A stretch of DNA of 49,549 nucleotides from Acidimicrobiales bacterium (GTDB lineage Bacteria; Actinomycetota; Acidimicrobiia; Acidimicrobiales; SZUA-35), in the NCBI GenBank assembly GCA_048550155.1, contig JBLYYW010000068.1, positions 1 through 49,549 on the forward strand. Direction: 5' to 3'. Shown here in pieces: positions 19,054 through 28,712 of this stretch (positions are counted from its first letter, which is position 1; every line of letters begins with the position of its first letter). Below the pieces are notes generated by a model. It did no database searches. It was not told the DNA's origin and saw only the letters and a list, made by a program, of their open reading frames with translations. The position numbers and the translations under genes are program-made.

Positions 19054-21480
19054 ATGAACGATGCTGTACGTGTAAGTGGATCCGTCACCGCAGGTGACGG
19101 TCCAGAAATGAGCCTGGAAACAGGCAAGATGGCGAGCCTCGCCAGCGGCTCGGTTGTTGCCCGCATGGGTGATACCCAAATCTTGGTGGCCGCAACCGGC
19201 GCCCGCCGGGTGCGTGACGGAATCGACTTCTTCCCCCTCACTGTCGACGTCGAGGAACGGTCCTATGCGGCCGGCAAGATCCCCGGTTCGTTCTTCCGCC
19301 GTGAAGCACGGGCCTCGGACCACGCCACCCTCACCTGCCGTCTGATCGACCGTCCATTGCGTCCCTCGTTTCCCAGCGGGTTCCGCAACGAAGTCCACGT
19401 TGTCGTCCAGGTTCAATCGGCCGATCAGGCCAACCCCTACGACGTACTCGCCATCAACGCTGCTTCGGCTGCCCTGATGGTGTCCGACGTCCCCTTCGAC
19501 GGCCCCATCGGTGCTGTACGACTGGCCTACACCACCGATGGCGAATGGCTGCCCCACCCCACCTACCAAGAGGGGGACGAGAGCTCATTCGAGATCGTCG
19601 TCGCCGGTCGTCAGCTCGACAACGGCGACATCGCCGTGATGATGGTCGAAGCCGGCGGCACCGAAACAACCTGGAACAACGTCCAGAACGGTGCCCCCAG
19701 GGTCGACGAAGCTGCTCTTGCAACCGCTCTGGCCGAGTCAGAGCAGTACATCAAGGAAGCAATCGCCCTTCAGAACGAACTGGTCGAGGCCACTGGTGGC
19801 CGCAAGGAATTCTTCGAATTCGATGCCCAGGTCGACTACACCGACGAGCAGATGGAAGCTGTGAAGGCCTTCGTAGGCGACCGGATGGTTGAGGTCCAGA
19901 GCATCGGTGACAAGGGCGAACGGGGTGACGCGGAGTCGCAGTTGCGCGACGATGTCCTGGCCGAACTGTTGCCTCGCTTCGAAGCCGACAATCCCATCGC
20001 CGCCAAGCAAATCACCGCTGCGGTCCGTTCCCTCTCCAAAGAGGTTGTTCGGTCGCGGATCGTCAATGAGGGTGCCCGTATCGATGGTCGTGGCACCTCG
20101 GACCTTCGCCCCCTCTCGGCCGAGGTTGGCGTTCTTCCACGGGTACATGGTTCGGCCCTCTTCCAGCGGGGTGAGACCCAGGTATTGAACGTGACCACGC
20201 TGGGCATGGGACGCATGGACCAGATGATCGACGGCATCGATCCGCTCACCCGCAAGAAGTACATGCACCACTACAACTTCCCGCCGTTCTCCACCGGAGA
20301 AACCGGCTTCATGCGAGGCCCCAAGCGTCGCGAGATCGGCCACGGACTGCTCGCCGAGCGTGCCCTGGTGCCGGTCATTCCTTCCCAGGAAGAGTGGCCC
20401 TACACCCTTCGTCTGGTCTCCGATGTCCTCAGCTCCAACGGCTCCACCTCGATGGCGTCGGTCTGTGGCTCCAGCTTGTCGTTGATGGACGCAGGTGTGC
20501 CCATCAAAGCCCCTGTTGCCGGTATCGCCATGGGGCTCGTGTACGCCGAAGGCAAGTACACCACCCTGACCGACATCCTCGGTGCCGAAGACGCCTTTGG
20601 CGACATGGACTTCAAGGTGGCTGGGACGTCCGATTTCGTCACCGCACTTCAGCTCGACACAAAGATCGACGGTATCCCCAGCGATGTCTTGTCCGCAGCA
20701 CTGAACCAGGCCAAGGAAGCCCGGCTCGCCATCCTCGAGGTGATGAACGCTGCGATCGCAGCGCCTCGCGACGACGTCACCGAGCATGCTCCGAAGATCA
20801 TCTCGTTCGAGATCCCGATCGACAAGATCGGCGAGGTCATCGGCCCGAAGGGCAAGGTCATCAACAGCATTCAGGCCGAGACCGGTGCCGACATCAGCGT
20901 CGATGACGACGGAATCGTCGGCACGGTGTCGATCGCATCAACCGACAAGGGCGTGGTTTCCGAGGCCGAGCGTCAGATCAAGCTCATCCTCGACCCTCCC
21001 ACGGCTGAAGTTGGTGCCACGTACCCCGGCAAGGTCGTGAACATCACCAAGTTCGGTGCGTTCGTCAACATCCTTCCCGGACGTGACGGGCTGCTCCACA
21101 TCTCCAAAATCGGTGGCGGTAAGCGCATCGACAAGGTGGAGGACGTGCTGGAACTCGGACAGAGCGTCGACGTTGTCGTCGAAGACATCGACCCCAACGG
21201 CAAAGTGTCGCTGCGCATGGCCGGCGATGCCGGAGGACCCAGCGACGAGGGGCAGAAGCGAGCTGAGAAGGCTGCTTCGTCGGCAGCCGAATCCGATGAC
21301 GATGACAGCTCAGAGTCGGTATCGATGTCGTTCGAAGACGACTTCGAGTCGGCTGTCGGGGAAGAGTTCGGTGAACTCGGTCCCGAGGGTGCCGAAATCA
21401 GCGACGGTGGCGGCAATCGCGGCCGCGGTCGAGGTGGCCGTGGTGGCAATCGCACCGGAGGCCGCAACAACCGCCGCTAA
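19054..21480 (+). CDS. pnp: Polynucleotide phosphorylase with acidic + Arg/Gly-rich C-terminal extension
   Basis: 808 aa. Two RNase PH domains, then KH (GPKGKVINSIQ) and S1 (GKVVNITKFGAFVNILPGRDGLLHIS) domains. Tail ...DGGGNRGRGRGGRGGNRTGGRNNRR. Confidence 0.95.
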   Translation: MNDAVRVSGSVTAGDGPEMSLETGKMASLASGSVVARMGDTQILVAATGARRVRDGIDFFPLTVDVEERSYAAGKIPGSFFRREARASDHATLTCRLIDRPLRPSFPSGFRNEVHVVVQVQSADQANPYDVLAINAASAALMVSDVPFDGPIGAVRLAYTTDGEWLPHPTYQEGDESSFEIVVAGRQLDNGDIAVMMVEAGGTETTWNNVQNGAPRVDEAALATALAESEQYIKEAIALQNELVEATGGRKEFFEFDAQVDYTDEQMEAVKAFVGDRMVEVQSIGDKGERGDAESQLRDDVLAELLPRFEADNPIAAKQITAAVRSLSKEVVRSRIVNEGARIDGRGTSDLRPLSAEVGVLPRVHGSALFQRGETQVLNVTTLGMGRMDQMIDGIDPLTRKKYMHHYNFPPFSTGETGFMRGPKRREIGHGLLAERALVPVIPSQEEWPYTLRLVSDVLSSNGSTSMASVCGSSLSLMDAGVPIKAPVAGIAMGLVYAEGKYTTLTDILGAEDAFGDMDFKVAGTSDFVTALQLDTKIDGIPSDVLSAALNQAKEARLAILEVMNAAIAAPRDDVTEHAPKIISFEIPIDKIGEVIGPKGKVINSIQAETGADISVDDDGIVGTVSIASTDKGVVSEAERQIKLILDPPTAEVGATYPGKVVNITKFGAFVNILPGRDGLLHISKIGGGKRIDKVEDVLELGQSVDVVVEDIDPNGKVSLRMAGDAGGPSDEGQKRAEKAASSAAESDDDDSSESVSMSFEDDFESAVGEEFGELGPEGAEISDGGGNRGRGRGGRGGNRTGGRNNRR

Positions 21481-21492
21481 TCACCCAAATTT

Positions 21493-21527
21493 CAGCTGGG
21501 GGCGACACGTGATGTCGCCGCCAGCTG
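21493..21527 (+). terminator. Probable pnp intrinsic terminator
   Basis: CAGCTGG-GG-GCGACA / TGTCGC-CG-CCAGCTG forms a 14 bp stem with one mismatch and a 5-nt loop. It starts 13 nt after the pnp stop and is followed by GCAGAACGTTTTG. Confidence 0.55.
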
Positions 21528-21574
21528 GCAGAACGTTTTGAATGTCGCCTCCGGCTGACATTCGGCTGAACCAG

Positions 21575-21604
21575 AGACGGAGGAGCCAATCGGTTCCTCC
21601 GTCT
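21575..21604 (+). terminator. Second strong hairpin downstream of pnp
   Basis: AGACGGAGGA (21575-84) pairs perfectly with TCCTCCGTCT (21595-604), giving a 10 bp stem, followed by TCGCGTTCGG. It is one of three successive hairpins between pnp and rbsK. Confidence 0.4.
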
Positions 21605-21669
21605 TCGCGTTCGGGTCGAATCTTGACGGGGGCGACCCGGACGGTGGCGCTCAGCGATACGTTCAGTGA

Positions 21670-22524
21670 ATGGGAGTCGTAGTGGTCGGGTCGATCAACG
21701 TGGATGACATCTATGAGACCGCCACGCTGCCGGTACCCGGCGAGACCGTCACCGGCGCGAAGTATCAACAACAGGGCGGCGGCAAGGGTGCGAATCAGGC
21801 CGTAGCGGCCGCCTTCGATGGCGCTCTGGTTCGGATGATCGGCATGGTCGGCCCCGACGCTGACGGTGAGAGACAGAGAGCTGATCTCGAAGCGTTCGGC
21901 GTCGATTGTTCGGGCATTGGGATCGGTCACGAGCCGACCGGTCGGGCCGCGGTCCTGGTCGTCAGCGGGGAAAACCAGATCCTTGTGGCGTCGGGGGCCA
22001 ACCAGGAGCTCGGGGAGACCAAGGTGGCTCGCAGCTTCGAAGGTATTCGCGGCGGCGTTGTCCTCATCAGTGCCGAGATCAGCGATGACGCGATGGCGGC
22101 GGCGGCCGTGACCGGCCGGGATCGAGGCATGACGGTGATGGTGAACGCGGCTCCAGCCCGACCGCTGCCGTCCGAGATAACCGACGGTCCGTTCGTTCTC
22201 ATCGTGAACGAGGTCGAAGCGCAGGTCGTCTCAGCCGAGCTGCAGATCACAACCCTGGGTGCAGGTGGCGTCCAGATTCAGGAGCCTGGGTCTGCCCCGG
22301 TCTTGGTCTCGGCTGTGCCGGCCCCAGAAGTCGTCGACGCAACCGGAGCAGGTGACGCATTCTGCGGTGTCCTGGCGGCCTCGGTCGCGGCCGGCTTTGA
22401 TCTCGAGACAGCGGTGCGTCGTGCCAACGCGGTCGCATCAGCTGTTGTGCGCCTCGTTGGAGCCCGAACTTGGAGGTCACGGCCGCTACCAGCTGACGTT
22501 CGGGCCGTGTTGATCCCGAACTGA
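21670..22524 (+). CDS. rbsK: Ribokinase (PfkB family)
   Basis: 284 aa with VVGSINVDD, GGGKGANQAVAAA, and the C-terminal DATGAGDAF motif. Confidence 0.85.
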   Translation: MGVVVVGSINVDDIYETATLPVPGETVTGAKYQQQGGGKGANQAVAAAFDGALVRMIGMVGPDADGERQRADLEAFGVDCSGIGIGHEPTGRAAVLVVSGENQILVASGANQELGETKVARSFEGIRGGVVLISAEISDDAMAAAAVTGRDRGMTVMVNAAPARPLPSEITDGPFVLIVNEVEAQVVSAELQITTLGAGGVQIQEPGSAPVLVSAVPAPEVVDATGAGDAFCGVLAASVAAGFDLETAVRRANAVASAVVRLVGARTWRSRPLPADVRAVLIPN

Positions 22525-22544
22525 GTGTTGAGTTCCCGACCGGC

Positions 22545-23336
22545 CTATAGGCCGAGGATGGGTTCGAGCCCGATCGTCAGGCCCGGAAGATCGGCGATTC
22601 GCTTGGCGGCCAACGTGACGCCGGGCATGAAGCTCGACCGATCGGTGGTGTCATGACGGATCACAAGGCTCTGGCCGGTCGTACCCAACACCACCTCTTG
22701 GTGGGCCACCATCCCCGCCATGCGTATTGAGTGAATCGGAAGACCGGCCGGCCCTCGTGCGCCGCGTCCACCCGGAAGTGTTTCGGTTTCCGTTGGGTCG
22801 GGTGCCCATGAGGAGCTGGCGGCTGCCATACGTTCGGCGGTATTGACAGCCGTTCCGCTGGGCGCATCGACCTTGAGATTGTGATGAAATTCGATGATCT
22901 CGGCGGTCTCGAAGAACGGGGCTGCCATCTCGGCGAACCGCATCATCAGTACTGCCCCGATGGCGAAGTTCGGAGCGATGAGACAGTTCGAACGGGAAAA
23001 CTGCTTGCCGATCGTCTCGAACTCGGATTCGGTGAAACCCGAGGTCCCGACAACGGCGTGGATGCCGTTCTGGGCACAGAAGGTGATGTTGTCACGGGCC
23101 GCATCGGGTGCGGTGAAGTCGATTGCAACCTCGACTTCAGCTTGGGTCATGGCCGAGGGGCTGCCCGAGACATCGAAGCTCGCGTCATCGACACCGATCA
23201 CGGTGCGGGCTGCTAGTCCATCGTGGCTGGGATCTACTGCGGCGACCAGCTCGAGCTCGGGGTCAGCCGCCACGGCTTTGCACACCGTTGCCCCCATTCG
23301 TCCCCCCGCCCCGAAGACACCGACTCGAATGCTCAT
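22545..23336 (-). CDS. dapB: 4-hydroxy-tetrahydrodipicolinate reductase
   Basis: The ORF 22545..23390 is trimmed to ATG 23336 (MSIRVGVFGAGGRMG). Contains the EFHHNLKVDAPSGTA motif. Confidence 0.92.
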   Translation of the reverse strand: MSIRVGVFGAGGRMGATVCKAVAADPELELVAAVDPSHDGLAARTVIGVDDASFDVSGSPSAMTQAEVEVAIDFTAPDAARDNITFCAQNGIHAVVGTSGFTESEFETIGKQFSRSNCLIAPNFAIGAVLMMRFAEMAAPFFETAEIIEFHHNLKVDAPSGTAVNTAERMAAASSSWAPDPTETETLPGGRGARGPAGLPIHSIRMAGMVAHQEVVLGTTGQSLVIRHDTTDRSSFMPGVTLAAKRIADLPGLTIGLEPILGL

Positions 23337-23449
23337 GTCCCGAATCCTATGGGATGCACGATCGGCCTGCTGTTGACCTCCAGGCATCACCAGGTGATCG
23401 GCTGGTGTCTAGGCTGCGATAGTCCCATCCCCAGGATAGGAAGAATCGA

Positions 23450-24397
23450 ATGGCCGAGCCGACACGCGTGATCATCGACACCGATCCCGGACAGGACGAT
23501 GCGATGGCCATCCTCCTTGCCCTGGCCTCCCCCGACCTCGAGGTCCTGGGGATCACCTGTGTCGCAGGCAACACCCGCCTCGACGCGGTGGTGCGCAACG
23601 CTCGAATCGTCTGTGAACTGGCAAATCGACCCGACCTGAGGGTCTTCGCCGGATGTGACCGCCCGATGGTCAGACCCCTCGTGACCGCTGAACACGTCCA
23701 CGGTCCAACCGGCCTGGACGGCCCCGACTGGGACGAACCGACGATGCCCGTCCAAGAGCAGCATGCAGTTGACTGGCTGGTCGAAACACTTCTGGCGTCG
23801 TGCGACCACGGCATCACGCTGTGCCCGGTGGGCCCGCTCACCAACATCGCCATGGCGATGGTTCGCGAACCCCGGATCGCGCCCAAGATCCGCCAAATCG
23901 TGAACATGGGCGGTGGCTATTTCGTCGGTGGCAACATCACTCCGGCGGCTGAATTCAACATCTACGTCGATCCTCACGCCGCCGACGTCGTCTATCGAAG
24001 CGGAGTACCGATCGTGACGATGCCCCTCGATGTGACCCACAAGGCGTTGATGACCAGGCAATGGATTGCCGACATCAGATCGATGGGTGGGAATCTCGCC
24101 GACAAGGTGGCCGCGATGCTCGACTTCTACCAGAAGTTCGACCTCGAACGATACGGAGCCTATGGCGGCCCCGTCCACGACCCTGCCACCATTGCATATC
24201 TCATCGAACCCGAGCTCTACACCGGAACCGATGTCTTTGTCGAAATCGAAACCGGGTCCGAGCTCACCATGGGGATGACCGTGGTTGATTTCTGGGGCGC
24301 CCGCCGTCGAGAACCCAACTGCACATGGATCCATGACGTGGATTCAGAACGATTCTTCGAGCTCATCACACACCGGCTCTCGAACCTCAATCCCTGA
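23450..24397 (+). CDS. Nucleoside hydrolase (inosine/uridine-preferring family)
   Basis: 315 aa with the N-terminal IIDTDPGQDDAMAILLAL aspartate cluster, which is diagnostic of the IU-nucleoside hydrolase family. Confidence 0.88.
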   Translation: MAEPTRVIIDTDPGQDDAMAILLALASPDLEVLGITCVAGNTRLDAVVRNARIVCELANRPDLRVFAGCDRPMVRPLVTAEHVHGPTGLDGPDWDEPTMPVQEQHAVDWLVETLLASCDHGITLCPVGPLTNIAMAMVREPRIAPKIRQIVNMGGGYFVGGNITPAAEFNIYVDPHAADVVYRSGVPIVTMPLDVTHKALMTRQWIADIRSMGGNLADKVAAMLDFYQKFDLERYGAYGGPVHDPATIAYLIEPELYTGTDVFVEIETGSELTMGMTVVDFWGARRREPNCTWIHDVDSERFFELITHRLSNLNP

Positions 24398-24492
24398 CAC
24401 TGACAGCCTTCGGTACCCGAGACCCCACCGGCCGGGGCCGGACCGTAGACTGAGCCCATGACGAATCGGGTCCTCAGCGCACCGGTCAGTAC

Positions 24493-25194
24493 GTGACCGC
24501 CCTGGATCCCGAGGTCGAAGTAGCCGACCGGCCGGACCTTCCGACCTGGCTGCTGCGTGTGTCCATCGTCATTGCGGCGATCTCGCTCTTCACCGCCTGG
24601 GGCGGGTCGGCCCTGGCCCCCCAGTTGGTGGATAACAACCCACGGGCACTCATCGCACTCAACCCGTCCAACCCCAATCTGATCCTGGTGAGCAATCAGA
24701 TGAGCGACGCCTGGTTCTTCACCATCGGGTTCTTCAGACTGATCGCCTCGGATCCCTTCAACTATCTGATCGGCCTGCACTTCGGCGAGCAGGCCTTTAC
24801 CTGGTTGCAACGGCGCAGCCGCACCTATGGCCCATACATCGGTCAAATGGAGCGATATTTTCGCCGGTTTGCGGTGCCGATCGTGTTCTTCGCCCCCAAC
24901 AACGTGGTCTGCATCATCGCCGGCGGGATCGGCATGCGACCTCGGACGTTCGCGTTGGCCAATGCCGCCGGAACAGTCTTTCGATTGATCCTCATCAATC
25001 GGTTCGGGGCCCGTTTCGAGTCACCGATCGGCTCCGTCGTGGACTTCATCGCCGACAACCGGGTGTACTTTCTCGTCGCATCTTTTGCGCTGATCGCCTG
25101 GACGGTGTTTGGCGAGTTCCGAGGGGACAACACTGAGCTCAGCGCACTTCGAGAGCTGAACAAAGACCTGAGTTCTGAAGATGACAGCGACTGA
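24493..25194 (+). CDS. Integral membrane protein, VTT/DedA-like domain
   Basis: 233 aa with several hydrophobic helices. The segment FFAPNNVVCIIAGGIGMRPRTFALANAAGTVFRLIL resembles the TVP38/DedA VTT core. The family call is tentative. Confidence 0.5.
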   Translation: MTALDPEVEVADRPDLPTWLLRVSIVIAAISLFTAWGGSALAPQLVDNNPRALIALNPSNPNLILVSNQMSDAWFFTIGFFRLIASDPFNYLIGLHFGEQAFTWLQRRSRTYGPYIGQMERYFRRFAVPIVFFAPNNVVCIIAGGIGMRPRTFALANAAGTVFRLILINRFGARFESPIGSVVDFIADNRVYFLVASFALIAWTVFGEFRGDNTELSALRELNKDLSSEDDSD

Positions 25195-25966
25195 GACGCC
25201 CGACCAGCTCGACCTTCCGGTCGCTCGGCGTCGGTCCGGTGATCCGGACTGGTCCTTCCTCACCCGCCCCAAGTGGGTTCTGTCCCATGTCTTCGTCGCC
25301 GCCCTGATCGTCTCGTTCATCTTTGCGATGTTCTGGCAGCTCGACCGTCGCCAGGAACGGATCGCCCAGAACGAGGTGATCGCGGCGCGGTCGGAGGCGG
25401 TGCCGCTGACCGTGCGAGCCGCGGTTCAGAGCGGTACCCCGGTCGAGGTCGACTTCCGTCGGGTCGAAGACTCGGGATCCTGGATCGACCCCGACGTGGT
25501 ACGTATCGCCAACCGCAGCCAAGACGGCGCAGCGGGCGAATGGGTGGTTGGTCTCTTCCAAACCGTCGACGGCACCGACGTACTGGTGAATCGGGGATTT
25601 GTTGAACTCGGACGCGCCATCGAGGGTCCGCCAGATTCGGATGCGGCGACCTCTGCGGTACGGGGTTGGATGCGGGTGAGCCGAGAGCGGGAGGGGATCG
25701 CGATTGCAGATAGCGGCGAGGGAACGATCCTGCCGCGCCTCAACGTCGATGCGGTTGCGGGTCGGCTCGACGGCGTCGAGCCGGCACCGATGTGGCTACA
25801 ACTGGAGGAACCTGACGGCGAGTTGTTCCCCAAGCCGGTTCCTTTGCCCGAACAAACCAACGGTCCTCACCTGTCCTATGCCGGACAGTGGGCCATCTTC
25901 GCACTACTTGGCGTCACCGTGTACGTGCTGCTGCTTCGACGGATTGCGACAACCGTCTCGGGTTAG
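25181..25966 (+). CDS. SURF1-family protein
   Basis: 261 aa. N-terminal TM, then FWQLDRRQER, VNRGFV, and a C-terminal GPHLSYAGQWAIFALL TM motif. These are typical of the SURF1/Shy1 family. Confidence 0.75.
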   Translation: MTATETPDQLDLPVARRRSGDPDWSFLTRPKWVLSHVFVAALIVSFIFAMFWQLDRRQERIAQNEVIAARSEAVPLTVRAAVQSGTPVEVDFRRVEDSGSWIDPDVVRIANRSQDGAAGEWVVGLFQTVDGTDVLVNRGFVELGRAIEGPPDSDAATSAVRGWMRVSREREGIAIADSGEGTILPRLNVDAVAGRLDGVEPAPMWLQLEEPDGELFPKPVPLPEQTNGPHLSYAGQWAIFALLGVTVYVLLLRRIATTVSG

Positions 25967-26020
25967 ACCGCTATGGGTATCGACTCACGTGGGCGTTCCG
26001 CGCTGCGATAACCTGTCATT

Positions 26021-26905
26021 ATGTTCGGAGCCACCTTGACCGCCATGGTCACACCGTTTTCTGAGGACCTTTCACTCGATCTCGACGGTGCGCAGAAGTT
26101 GGCTCACTATCTGGTAGAGAACGGAAACGATGGCGTTGTGGTCGCCGGCACCACCGGCGAGTCTCCCACCCTCAGTCACCAGGAACAGATCGATCTTGTC
26201 GCTGCGGTCAAGCAGGCGCTGCCTGATCATCCCGTCATTGCCGGTGTTGGCAGCAACAACACTGCTGCCGCTTTGGACCTCACCGAGCGTGCCGCAGAAG
26301 TGGGGGCCGATGGCCTTCTGCATGTCACGCCGTACTACAACCGGCCATCCCAGGAAGGGCTGCGCCGCCACTTCACTACGGTGTGTGAGGCAACCGATTT
26401 GCCGGTGATCCTGTACGACATTCCGGTTCGAACCGGACGCAAGATCAGCAGTGACCTGCTGCTCGATTTGTTCGCCCTCCCAACTGTGGCGGGCCTCAAG
26501 GATGCGGCAGGGAATCCAGCTGAGACCGCCGATGTGATCCGTCGAGCCGAACAGCAGGGTCTCGACATCAGCGTGTACTCCGGCGACGACAGCGTCACAT
26601 TGCCACTTCTGGCAGTCGGCGCAGTCGGTGTGATCGGGGTTGCCACCCACTGGGCTGGTGCCGAAATGGCCGAAATGATCGCGGCGTACCGGAAGGGTGA
26701 CGTCGAGTTGGCTCAACAGATCAACGCCCGGCTGATCCCCAGCTACAACTACGAGACCGGCGACCTCGCTCCAAACCCGGTTCCATCCAAAGTGCTGATG
26801 AACTTGCTCGGTGTGGCGGTCGGGGAGTGCCGCAGCCCCATGGGCCCCGCCCCCGATGGTCTCGAGGCCGAAGCCCGCGAGGTTCTGTCCGGCTTGGACC
26901 GTTGA
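26021..26905 (+). CDS. dapA: 4-hydroxy-tetrahydrodipicolinate synthase
   Basis: 294 aa with TAMVTPF, VVAGTTGESPTLS, and YYNRPSQEGL. Confidence 0.93.
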   Translation: MFGATLTAMVTPFSEDLSLDLDGAQKLAHYLVENGNDGVVVAGTTGESPTLSHQEQIDLVAAVKQALPDHPVIAGVGSNNTAAALDLTERAAEVGADGLLHVTPYYNRPSQEGLRRHFTTVCEATDLPVILYDIPVRTGRKISSDLLLDLFALPTVAGLKDAAGNPAETADVIRRAEQQGLDISVYSGDDSVTLPLLAVGAVGVIGVATHWAGAEMAEMIAAYRKGDVELAQQINARLIPSYNYETGDLAPNPVPSKVLMNLLGVAVGECRSPMGPAPDGLEAEAREVLSGLDR

Positions 26906-26990
26906 CAAACTGGCCGACTTCGGCTGGTCGAAGGCGTACATCCTGAGAACAGAGCGAGCCTTCGCCCTCGCGCACCTCTATGGTTTCCCC

Positions 26991-28664
26991 ATGGCACAAC
27001 CTGTACGCGTCGTATTCCTCGGCGGACTCGGCGAAATCGGCCGCAACTGCGCCGCCATCGAGGTCGACGGCAGAATCATGCTGATCGACTGCGGCCTGAT
27101 GTTCCCCGACAACGACATGGCCGGAATCGACCTTGTCCTACCCGATTTCAGCTGGCTGCGAGACAACGCGCACCGGGTCGAAGGTGTCGTTGCGACCCAC
27201 GGCCACGAAGACCACATCGGCGCGATCGGGTGGCTGCTCGATGAGATGTCACTGACGGTGATCGGGTCGCCGTTGACCATCGGACTGGCCAAGAACCGAA
27301 TCGAAGAGCGGGGTCATCTGAAGAAGGCCACGTTCATCGAAGTCAGCGACGGTGATCGGATACAGGTCGGGCCATTCGACATGGAGTTCTTTCCTGTCAC
27401 CCATTCGGTGCCACACGGTTACGCCACGGCCTTCCATACTCCCCAGGGTGTGATCCTTCACAGCGGCGACTTCAAGCTGGACATGACACCGGTCGACGGT
27501 CGCCTCACCGACCTCGCCGGAATCGGACACCTCGCCACCGACGACGGCATTCGGCTGTTTCTCTGCGATTCGACCAACGCCCAATCCGAGGGATTCAGCG
27601 ATTCCGAAACCAGCATCGGGCAGAACATCGAGGACGTGGTCAGAGCCCGGGCTGGGCGTCGCCTGATCGTTGCGTGCTTCGCCAGCCACATTCACCGGGT
27701 GCAGCAGATTGCGAATGCGGTGATCGCCGAGGGTCGAACGGTGGTGACCATGGGGCGCAGCATGAACAAGAACGTTGCGCTGGCCCGAGAGATGGGCCTG
27801 TTGCACATCCCCGACGACAAGCTGGCCAAGATCGAAGATGTCGACCGGTTCGACGATGGCGACGTGTGCATCATCTCCACCGGATCCCAAGGGGAACCGA
27901 TGGCCGCCCTGGCGCGGATGTCGACCGGGGACAACAAGTTCCTCCAGATCAAAGATGGGGACTGTGTGATCCTGTCCAGCCATCCGATTCCAGGTAACGA
28001 GTCCAGTGTGGCTGCGGTGATCGAGGGGTTGCTGCGGCGGGGAGCTGAGGTTGTCGATTCCACGACCCACCGGGTCCACGCAACCGGTCACGCAAAGAGC
28101 GAGGAACTCAAGGTGATGCACAGCATCGTGAAGCCTGAGTGGTTCGTCCCTGTGCATGGGGAGTATCGCCACATGGTCGAACATGCTCGCATCGCCACCC
28201 GGGTCGGAACTGCAGCTGATCGAGTTCTGGTGTGTTCGGACGGCGACTCGATCGTACTCAGCGACAAAGGCCTCAGGCGGGGCGAGTCGGTACCGGCTGA
28301 GTATGTGTACGTCCACGGGACCGTCGGTGATCTGGGCGAGGGTGTGCTCGACGAACGTCGTGTGCTGGGTACCGGTGGGTTCGTATCGGCGATCGTGTCG
28401 TTGCGGATCGAAGGCCCGAACGCCTCCTTGGTCGGTACTCCCGAAATCGTCAGCCGCGGCTGGGTGTCCGGTAACGATGGCGATCAGATCCACAAGGACG
28501 CGTTGCGTTCGGTGAGTGATGCGGTGGAAGACGCGCTGGCCAAAGGTGTGCGCACCCGAACCGATCTCGAAAAGATCGTCCGTCGGACCCTGGGACGGTT
28601 CGTCTCCAACAGAACCCGGCTGAGGCCCAGCATCGTCCCGGTGGTGCTCGGCGCTCACGAATAG
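26991..28664 (+). CDS. rnj: Ribonuclease J
   Basis: The ORF 26811..28664 is trimmed to ATG 26991 (MAQPVRVVFLGGLGEIGRNC). Metallo-beta-lactamase HGHEDHIG motif and beta-CASP region. The position after dapA is conserved in actinobacteria. Confidence 0.92.
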   Translation: MAQPVRVVFLGGLGEIGRNCAAIEVDGRIMLIDCGLMFPDNDMAGIDLVLPDFSWLRDNAHRVEGVVATHGHEDHIGAIGWLLDEMSLTVIGSPLTIGLAKNRIEERGHLKKATFIEVSDGDRIQVGPFDMEFFPVTHSVPHGYATAFHTPQGVILHSGDFKLDMTPVDGRLTDLAGIGHLATDDGIRLFLCDSTNAQSEGFSDSETSIGQNIEDVVRARAGRRLIVACFASHIHRVQQIANAVIAEGRTVVTMGRSMNKNVALAREMGLLHIPDDKLAKIEDVDRFDDGDVCIISTGSQGEPMAALARMSTGDNKFLQIKDGDCVILSSHPIPGNESSVAAVIEGLLRRGAEVVDSTTHRVHATGHAKSEELKVMHSIVKPEWFVPVHGEYRHMVEHARIATRVGTAADRVLVCSDGDSIVLSDKGLRRGESVPAEYVYVHGTVGDLGEGVLDERRVLGTGGFVSAIVSLRIEGPNASLVGTPEIVSRGWVSGNDGDQIHKDALRSVSDAVEDALAKGVRTRTDLEKIVRRTLGRFVSNRTRLRPSIVPVVLGAHE

Positions 28665-28712
28665 CACTCGTCGCGTTAGTGCCACAGTTCTCGGTCCGCC
28701 ACAAACTACTGT

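Noticed and set aside
21481-21930. 149-aa minus-strand ORF spanning the pnp-rbsK spacer and the rbsK start
   Set aside because: It overlaps the well-supported ribokinase start and the pnp terminator hairpins. No family resemblance. Likely spurious.
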